Positions 56,169-64,000 of a stretch of 64,000 nt of DNA are shown in pieces (position 1 is the first letter of the stretch; each line of letters starts with the position of its first letter). Made by a program: the position numbers and the translations under genes. The notes under the pieces were generated by a model. The model saw only the letters and a program-made list of their open reading frames with translations, did no database searches and was not told the DNA's origin. Origin of the DNA: the human T2T-CHM13v2.0 reference genome, Homo sapiens; the NCBI RefSeq assembly GCF_009914755.1, contig NC_060937.1. One strand, 5' to 3'.

Positions 56169-56881
56169 TGAGAGCTTTTCAAGTTTTTGGACACAACAGT
56201 TAAGTCTTCAGATTAGTCTCCTTTAAAAATGTAGGGATTCTCATTTGCATTTGGAGTTTTCAAAAGTTTTGATTAAAGGAAAGTCTGTTAGTATCTTTGA
56301 GAGGTCTGGACCCCTCTTTGTTTCATTGTGCACATAGATAGTTTAATTTAGATGTGTCTCTTGGGTCAATTTTTATCCAGCCTTAATCTTTAAATGTTAC
56401 GTTTGAAAAACCATCAAAGTACCTGATGGTGTTTGATCAGAGACTGAGCCACTGAGCTACCTGATGACAGCTGTCAGAAGCCATTCTCGTAGAACCTAGA
56501 TTTCCCACAGCATGCACGTTATGAAGGCATCCGTCGAGTGCAATCGAAGTGTGAGTATCTGCAAAATTGAATGTGAACATACCTCGCCAAGACTGAGTGT
56601 ACCCCTCAATGTGCAAGCATATCCCACAAATGGGTACCCTGTGGAGCCTGATGGGCAGGCTTCCTAAAGAAAATGAAGTCTCCAAGTCCTCATCCTAAAA
56701 ACGGGAGATCTGGGATCCAAGAGGGCTTACCTGATTCCTACCCAGTGCAGCTGTGAAGGTGGCTGAGCTCAAAGAACTCTCACAGGTGCCAATGCATTGG
56801 TCCAGGTGGCACAGAAAAGGAGCTTGGGGTCCCCTTCAGATCCCATCCTCACCTCATCATCAAAAAATATTCATAACATAG

Positions 56882-57186
56882 AGCCAGATGAGGTGGCTCA
56901 CATCTGTAATCCCAGCATTGCGGGCTGGTTGCTTGAGGCCAGGAATTTGAAACCAGCCTAGGCAACATAGCAGGACCCCTTCTCTCCAAAAAAAAAAAAA
57001 AAAAAAAAAAAGTTTAGAAATTAGCCAGGTGTTGTGGCTCATGCCTGTAATCTCAGCAACTTGGGGAGTTGAGGCAGGAAGACCATGCGAGGCCAGGAAT
57101 TTGAGGCTGCTGAGCTACGATTTCGTCACTGCACTCCAGCCTGGACAACCTGAGAGCAAGACCCTGTCTCAGAAAAAAAGAAAGAA
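56882..57186 (+). mobile_element. Alu (AluJ-like) inserted at the end of the proviral 5' LTR
   Basis: GCTTGAGGCCAGGAATTTGA occurs twice; GCAAGACCCTGTCTC. Confidence 0.92.
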
Positions 57187-58222
57187 ATTTTAACAAAAGA
57201 CCACAAGATTTGTGAAAGAAAAAAGGGAGAGTTTCGTTTAAAAAAAATTATCTATAGACTGGGGAGACATAGCCCTTGGTGTAAAATACAAGTGTGGTCT
57301 GAGGGTTCAGGGAATAAAAGATTATAAAGGCAAAAACCTCAGGGCAAGAGTGGGGAGTCAGGAGAGTGAGAAACAGTGTCTTGATTAAAGGATATTTAAG
57401 CCAAAGTTATCAGTTTTTCTTAATTGGCTCGTTCCAGGTGATCTGTTCATGGACAGCTGGGGAATTTTCAGCTGTGGTCTATCTCAACACCAACTGATTT
57501 GGCTTGATTGTAGAAAGGGAAGGCCTGCGACACTTTTATAACATATCTCTGAGAATACAGAGCATGTGACCATTCCCTCACCCAGCCATGTTACCTCATT
57601 CTGTTTTAACTTTGAGATCTCAGTTAGGTACAAGGAGTCAAGGCACTCTGTTTACAATGCACTGGAGTCACAGTATTTTTTTCAAAACTAATTTGAAAAC
57701 AAAAACAAAGCTTCTGAAATTAAAAGAAAAGTATTAACTCTTGAATCAAAGAAGACATCAACATCCAAACTGAAGAATATGTAAAAATATTAAGAGGCAA
57801 GCAAATCAAAACTTGTAAAATTCAGCAAAACCAGTGTTCTACTATATGAAAATTCATATTTTTATCAACAGTATTAAATAAAAAGAAAATACTGATATAA
57901 CAGTAGATGTTCCAGTTTTAATGGAAATATTTCTTATGTTTTACCAGTAAACACAATGCCACCTCCTGATGTAATATACATGTTTGTTCTGTTTCACCCT
58001 CAACTGGATGGATGTACTGCAATACAATTCTGAAACTAACTACCCAGAGTTAACATCAGACTCCACAGGCTTAAAGTTTCGGTCTTCCTCAAGACTGTTC
58101 TTCAGACTCCGCCTGCATTTGGGGGGCTCCTGCGCCACCCGGACGTCCAATCAACTATAAATTCAAGCATTCCCATGACCCCTTCATGTTCGATAATTTG
58201 CTAGAACAACTCAGGAAAATGG

Positions 58223-59263
58223 TGTGAAAGGAAAATAAATTTGGGGGCCCCCAAATCACTAAGCTAGAGGGAAAAGTCAAGCTGGGAGCTGCTTAAGTCA
58301 AACCTGCCTCCCATTCCATTAAAAGTCACCCCTCTGCTCACTGAGATAAATGCATATCTGATTGCCTCCTTTGGAAAGGCTAACCAGAAACTCAAAAGAA
58401 TGCAACCATTTGTCTCTTAACTACCTATGACCTGGAAGCCCCCTCCCCGCTTGAGTCATCTAGCCTTTGCCTTGAGTTGTCCTGCCTTTCCGTATCAAAC
58501 CAATGTTTATCTTACCTATATTGACTGATGTCTCATGACTCCTGAGAATGCATAAAACCAAACTGTGCTCTAACCATGTTGGGCACATTTTTTCAGGACC
58601 TCCTGAGGCTGTCATGGGTGCACGTCCTCAACCTTGGTGTAAGGTACATGGATGTGCTTTGGTCAAGGAATAGGCCAAGGCAACTATCCAGGCCTGCATG
58701 ACTCAGTGAGTTTGGTGCACAGGCGCACACCTCCACTTGTCATATAACCTGTTTGTGTAAGTTCATACTTGGCTCTGAGCCACTATTGTCTGTAAAAGGT
58801 ATAATTGTCCTGCTAACGCTGTACAGGAGCTCTTGGGGCTTGACTCAGTTCAACATGGCTTACCATGGCAGGCATGATGGCACCCAGAGAAAGAGAGAGA
58901 GAGAACCAGAGCTGTCCGTCTTGTATCCACAGCATGGCTCGCACTCGTGCCCGGAGAGAGAAAGGGTTAAGTTGCTGACTCTGAAGGCAAGGGAGAGCCG
59001 CTGGGCCATGCAGCTGCAGACTTGGGGGCAGCAGGAGCCGCAGAGCCAGAGCAGACAGCTGAGATAAGGGTGAACAGTCTGAGAAAGCTGTTGATGACAG
59101 TTGCTGCTGAATAAAATTATCTTTCACCTGCCTACAACCCTGTGAGTGTTCTTTCTGCTCATCCACCCACTTCCCTCGGACTTCAGAATTGGCTGGACAC
59201 AGACCCTGAGATCTGACACTTGGCAAAATAAGCATTCTAAATTAACTGAGATTTGTGTTCACA
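58223..59263 (+). mobile_element. MER4-type ERV1 LTR split by an LTR18-like insertion
   Basis: TGTGAAAGGAAAATAAATTTGGGGGCCCCCAAATCACTAAGCTAGAGGGAAAAGTCAAGCTGGG...; ends CTTGGCAAAATAAG...TTCACA; flanks ATGG / GTGG. Confidence 0.85.
58638..59218 (+). mobile_element. LTR18-like (ERVL) solo LTR with perfect 5-bp TSD
   Basis: TGTAAGGTACATGGATGTGCTTTGGTCAAGGAATAGGCC...AATAAAA...CTGACA; TSD CTTGG at 58633-58637 and 59219-59223. Confidence 0.8.
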
Positions 59264-59445
59264 GTGGTAGACTTATTATTAGAGGCCTTATAAAAGATAC
59301 ATATAGGGTGAGGCTTGGGAGAGACTGAAGAGTTTTATGTAATCTCTACGTGGAGTCAGGGCCATCACCCTCCAGACACATCAATGTGTTTTCCGACCAG
59401 GAAGTTCTACTGAGCTCCTTCTTGGAGTTTCATTATGTAGGCAAT

Positions 59446-60149
59446 TGAAGAGGTGTTGTTGGTCTGGGGTAATACCCAAGGTTCATTGTCTCACATGAAC
59501 AATATTGATTGATGTCTCATGACATCATCAAGGACGTGGACACATAAGGAGTGAGGTTAAGAGTGTAAGTTTTAATATGTGAAAGAAAGAAAATAGCTCT
59601 CTCCTGCTGAGAGAGGGGTCCCAAGCAGGTTTTCTGGTTCCGTGGTGAAATGCAAGGGTTTTATAGATGAGCTTGAGGAGGTGGTATCTGATTTACATAG
59701 TGTATGAAAGATTGGTTGGACCAGGTGTGTCATTTGCATATGGGCATGAAAAACTGGCTAGGGCTAGGTGTGCCATTTGCATAGCACGCAAAAAGCTGAT
59801 CACCCCCACCCTAGTCTTTCATTACGTAGATGTGTTCTCTACCTGGCCAGTGCCATGCTGCCTGTTTCTTTACTGTACACATGGTGACAAAGAAAAGGGA
59901 AGATGAAGCCTCCATGTTGAACATTCCTAGCCCTCAGGTAGCCCTTTTCTACTGGCACAGTTGCTGGCATTCCCCCATGAAAGCTTCAAGCTTGCCTATC
60001 TATGTTTGCAGTTCAATTTTTCAGGCTGCTCTTTGTTAGAAAAGAAATGATTTGGGGGCTGCTTTTTTTTTGTCAAAAGGGAAATTTTGCTGAGGACTCT
60101 TTTACCCTTACTGTCTGCCTAAATAATTTCTTTCTATCTCTTGGTATCA
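59446..60149 (-). mobile_element. MER50-like ERV1 solo LTR
   Basis: TTGGTCTGGGGTAATACCCAAGGTTC...TCTGCCTAAATAATTTCTTTCTATCTCTTGGTATCA. Confidence 0.8.
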
Positions 60150-60519
60150 TAACCATTGGCCATGTGATTAATGAACTCAATTTCTAGCCCCCATCAGCTC
60201 CCTGGAGGTCAGGCTAGCTCAAAATCCCTAGCCCTCTGGTCATGTAATTGGCTTTTGGTGAAGATACCCCATTCTGAGGCTATCTGGTGACCCACCTTGA
60301 GTCACAGTTAGCCTAACAAAGACATTCCTATCGCTCAGTAAATTTCAAGGGTTTTCTGAAGCTCTGTGCCTGAAGCCTAGGTAAAATAAATAACATCTTA
60401 TTTTATTTTACATAGTTATATACTTTATTGATATGCTACAATGCCTGATCATGTCAATGAAATGTCTCTCCTGAACCAAGCAAAGTCTCAGGAGGAAATC
60501 AGGTAACATACTGAAATTA

Positions 60520-60960
60520 GGGTAATTTGGTTTTAACAAAGGTATGACTTATTAAGGTGAGGCTGGGTATCAATGAATGAACCTCAAAAGATATTTCAGT
60601 AAACTTGGTATTACTTGAAGGCTAGAAGGGACAAGGGGTTGAAGCCTTTAGCAGAACTTAGAGTAAGAGAGTCATATAGAAAGGCCACTCAAGGGGAGTA
60701 GAGTTGTTTCCTTGAGAGACACAGTCAGCCGGAAGCAATACTTCAGAGAGGGAAACAAGAGCTAAATATTCTGACTTCTTACCCTAGATCTCCTCTAGGG
60801 AGATGGGGGACAGGAATCTCCATTGGCTGAACCTTATCTGGACCTCCAAAATTGAAACTGTCCTTTGATGGCGTCCATACAGGCTGGCTTCCTGAGGGAC
60901 AGAGCAAGGTGAAGAAAGATTGAGAGGAACAGATGCAATATATCCAGCATAGCATGGAGC
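60520..60960 (-). mobile_element. Old MaLR (MLT1-like) LTR fragment
   Basis: CTCCATTGGCTGAACC...GATGGCGTCCATACAGGCTGGCTTCC; boundaries approximate. Confidence 0.45.
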
Positions 60961-63900
60961 ATGGGTGTAGACTTTTATGTAACACTATCTCAACATCCAT
61001 GGAAAATGATCTTCTGTGTTTGCATTTGGCCTATTAATATGGTAAAAACTACCTAATGGCTAAACCATTCTTAGGATTCTGGAAAGAAGCTCACTTAATC
61101 ATAATATATCATTTTCTTACATGCTGTTGGACTCTATTGGTTAACTTTACAGATTTTTGCATCAATATGCATAAGAAGGATATTTCTGCAATTTATTTAT
61201 GTTCCCTGATGTCTTTCTGCCTTTCTTTTGCATAAATAAGGATTTATAAAAGTGTTTGCCAAACACAAATATAAAAAATACTGAATACAAAAAGGTAGAA
61301 ACTCTGGTATCCACCTCTAACAATAAAAATAACCAAATCTTGGAAGTTTGAAAACTTCCCTGGCTTTCCTTCCCCACCAATAACCCATTAAGAAGAAATG
61401 GTAAGGGTAGAGAGAGAATCTGCGGGGATCATAGATCATTTAATCTTTCTCCTTATACTTATAGGAATGTTCCACAGAGCAGGTAATTCTTTGACTGGTC
61501 TATGATATGGCTAACAAACATTGCCTTTTCTTTTACCCTTTAGTTCTCTCAAGGCTTCAGTATTAGAAAAATTGATTATCCTAATAAATAGGCAGCTCAA
61601 TAATATAATTTTAAAATTGCTTAATATTAAATTAATTAATCTGTAAAAAGCTGCCATACAATTTCTGGTAGTATTTGTTACTGCTCATCTGCTTTTACAG
61701 AAGAACTTGAGTGGTTGGTTCTAGAAAGGGAAATTCAGGTAGTCTGTAGCTTTGATCAATTTGACCTGTGTGTGTGTGTCTGGGTGGGGTGGGGGGTGTA
61801 TTTGACCAGTTATGTTAATTACAACATCCTAAGGAACAAAAGTGTATGTGAGAAAATACACATACACACCTCCTCACCTGCCTACTGATACTATTAGACC
61901 ACATCCCTCCATTTTTTTCTCTTTTCTCTTCAAGCCACATACTTAACAGATCATTAGTAGAAATGATAATTGTCTTCTCTGTACAGAAAATGAGTATCTC
62001 TAATCTTTAGCTCATTGCTAAAAATACGTAGATGACATTTGAGTACTTATTTTTCCAAGTAGTGCTAAGACAAATTCAAGGATAAATTTTACTGGCAAAC
62101 AGGGGTGATATTATGTGCCTCTCATCAATCTAAAGTTTTAATTGAAGGGATCAGATGCCTCTACTATGAATAGTTTGACATCTTTAGCTGTATTTGTACA
62201 AATCAGTGGAAAATATTGCTCAGTGTGTCCACTACTGACTATATAATAGATATTTCAATGTAGGATGCATATTTCAAAATCTTTTTGTAACATTTTAGGG
62301 ACATTAAGTCTTCCTTGGAAGTAAACTTGGTAAGAAATATTCAGGACCATTCAACAAATCAATGGACAATGACATGTTTCGATATAAAATCAAACAGCTA
62401 AAATAGTGCAGACTATTTCCCACTTAAAAGCACTGCCATATATACTTCTTCATCCTCTTTAATGTATATTCCCACCCTTTACTTTGGTGAATGTTAAAAA
62501 TACTACTAGCATATGGATCAATATTGACTCTCCTAAATGTTCTCAGAGTTTTCCTCCAAAAGACATGCACACGTTACAAAAGCCAATGTGTTTATAATTT
62601 ATTACAGTTCAAATATTGGGCCATATATTCTTGGTTCTAGTCAAACACTATAGACATATTTAATGGTAAAGATAAACCAAGCATTTCTAGCCAGTCACAT
62701 TCAACTGAAATTGATACAGTGTAGTGATGATTTAGAGTGCTTCTTAGTTTAACTCAAGTAATTTTCTCTTTTTTTACTTTGAGATTGTAAATCTGACTAA
62801 TTGCTTCACACTCTCTAGAACTGCTTCTTCTTGCTAAGTATAATTGCTACATCTGGATTCTCCTACACCCAGAGTAATTTTATGGAGGGCTTACCTACCG
62901 ATCTCATTATACTTCCAGCTCTGATGCATCAAGCACCATGCTGTTATTTACCTACTTCAGTATACTTGATAAATTAAATCCAGACCTTGTTCAATGTACT
63001 CCTTTACGGCACAAATATCAAAATTTAGTATGGGTAAGATTAAACTATTAATAATATGCATTTTACTTCTTCCACAGTGGAATATACATTAGTTGTCTTT
63101 GATTTGACCACAGAAACACCAATAGCAAAGAAAAAGTAATAACGTTATTTGTGAAATAGATGAGTTTGGGAAAAGAGTATTCTAGGATAATTTTTGAGAT
63201 GGAAAAGTGATTATATTCTATCATTGCTTAATCAGCTCTTAGCTAAAATAAGGTAATGCATAGATCATAAACAGGAAAATGAGAAGATAAAAATAGTAAA
63301 GAAGGCAAGAAGAATTGCTACCCTGTACGAACACCCATTGTAAAGCCAGTTATTTTGATAACCACAAAGAATTGCCTTCTAAACTAAGCCCTAACAAACA
63401 GAGTTGATTTTTTCACTTAGACCATATTATTTCAGTCTTATTAAGAAAACCAATCCAATCTGATGAATTTTTTGTTGCTTTGCTCCGGTGCTCACAGCTG
63501 GAGGGAGGGACAATCCATAGGCTCTTGTCAGTAGCACCTCACCTCTTTGAAGTTTGTTAGAGTTATAGTTCCCTCTAAAGATTTTATCTTTTGACTGTTT
63601 TCTCTCCAGTAAAGCCATTGAGCAAATTCATTTGCATTGGCACTGAGGCTTCACTCACCTGAAATATTCCAAGAACAATGTTCTCATCTTTCCTGCTTAT
63701 CTTTGGAACATTTCTCTGCAGATAATGTGGTGACCTCTCTGTAGCACACACTTCTTAGAAGAGCAGGTAGAAAAGTCTGCTCTGAGATTTGAATGTTAAC
63801 TAAAGCACAGCTTTTTCCAGGGCGAAGTTCCCCTCCAACAAAGCTTTGGGACACAGTATGGAAATGTTGTTTATTCTACAAAGAACTCTTAAGTGCTAAC

Positions 63901-64000
63901 ACAAGTGAATGTTTCTATTTGGGGTCGGTGTCAATTTAGGTGGAAAAATAAAACAGAACATTTTGGGGATATTTTTGAAAATATAAAATACAGTCTATCA

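Larger units (their letters stand above)
57985..60420 (-). mobile_element. MER21-like LTR split into three pieces by nested LTRs
   Basis: CAATTCTGAAACTAACTACCCAGAGTTA...GATAATTTGCTAGAACAACTCAGGAAA; resumes at ~59268 (CATCAATGTGTTTTCCGACCAGGAAG) and ~60150 (AACCATTGGCCATG...AAATTTCAAGGGTTTT). Confidence 0.75.

Noticed and set aside
58753-59235. 104-aa and 140-aa ORFs
   Set aside because: They lie almost entirely within an LTR18-like solo LTR and show no retroviral protein motifs.

Overview
AT-rich primate (human-like) non-coding genomic DNA, probably intronic or intergenic. It has no CpG island, no recognisable intact protein-coding gene, and no rRNA, tRNA or CRISPR. The ORF track is explained by Alu, L1, LTR and simple-repeat sequence. 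Much of the window is interspersed repeat: 16 Alus, several L1, L2 and MIR fragments, MER5/MER58-type DNA transposons, MaLR LTRs, a decayed two-LTR ERV1-type provirus (~49.25-57.66 kb) and a multi-level LTR nest (~57.98-60.42 kb). Repeat family names come from recalled consensus sequences, not a database search. The main structures not explained by repeats are: (1) a ~340-bp, ~97% identical unique-sequence inverted repeat flanking a 1.87-kb spacer (15431-15771 / 17643-17998), a candidate flip-flop inversion; (2) an ancient co-linear local duplication (~23237-23695 / ~40736-41420) that keeps double-GATA and octamer motifs, with a candidate 45-nt exon in one copy; (3) several short locally templated insertions or fold-backs; and (4) a 37/39-bp minisatellite with alternating unit lengths. 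I found no evidence of a novel multi-gene system.
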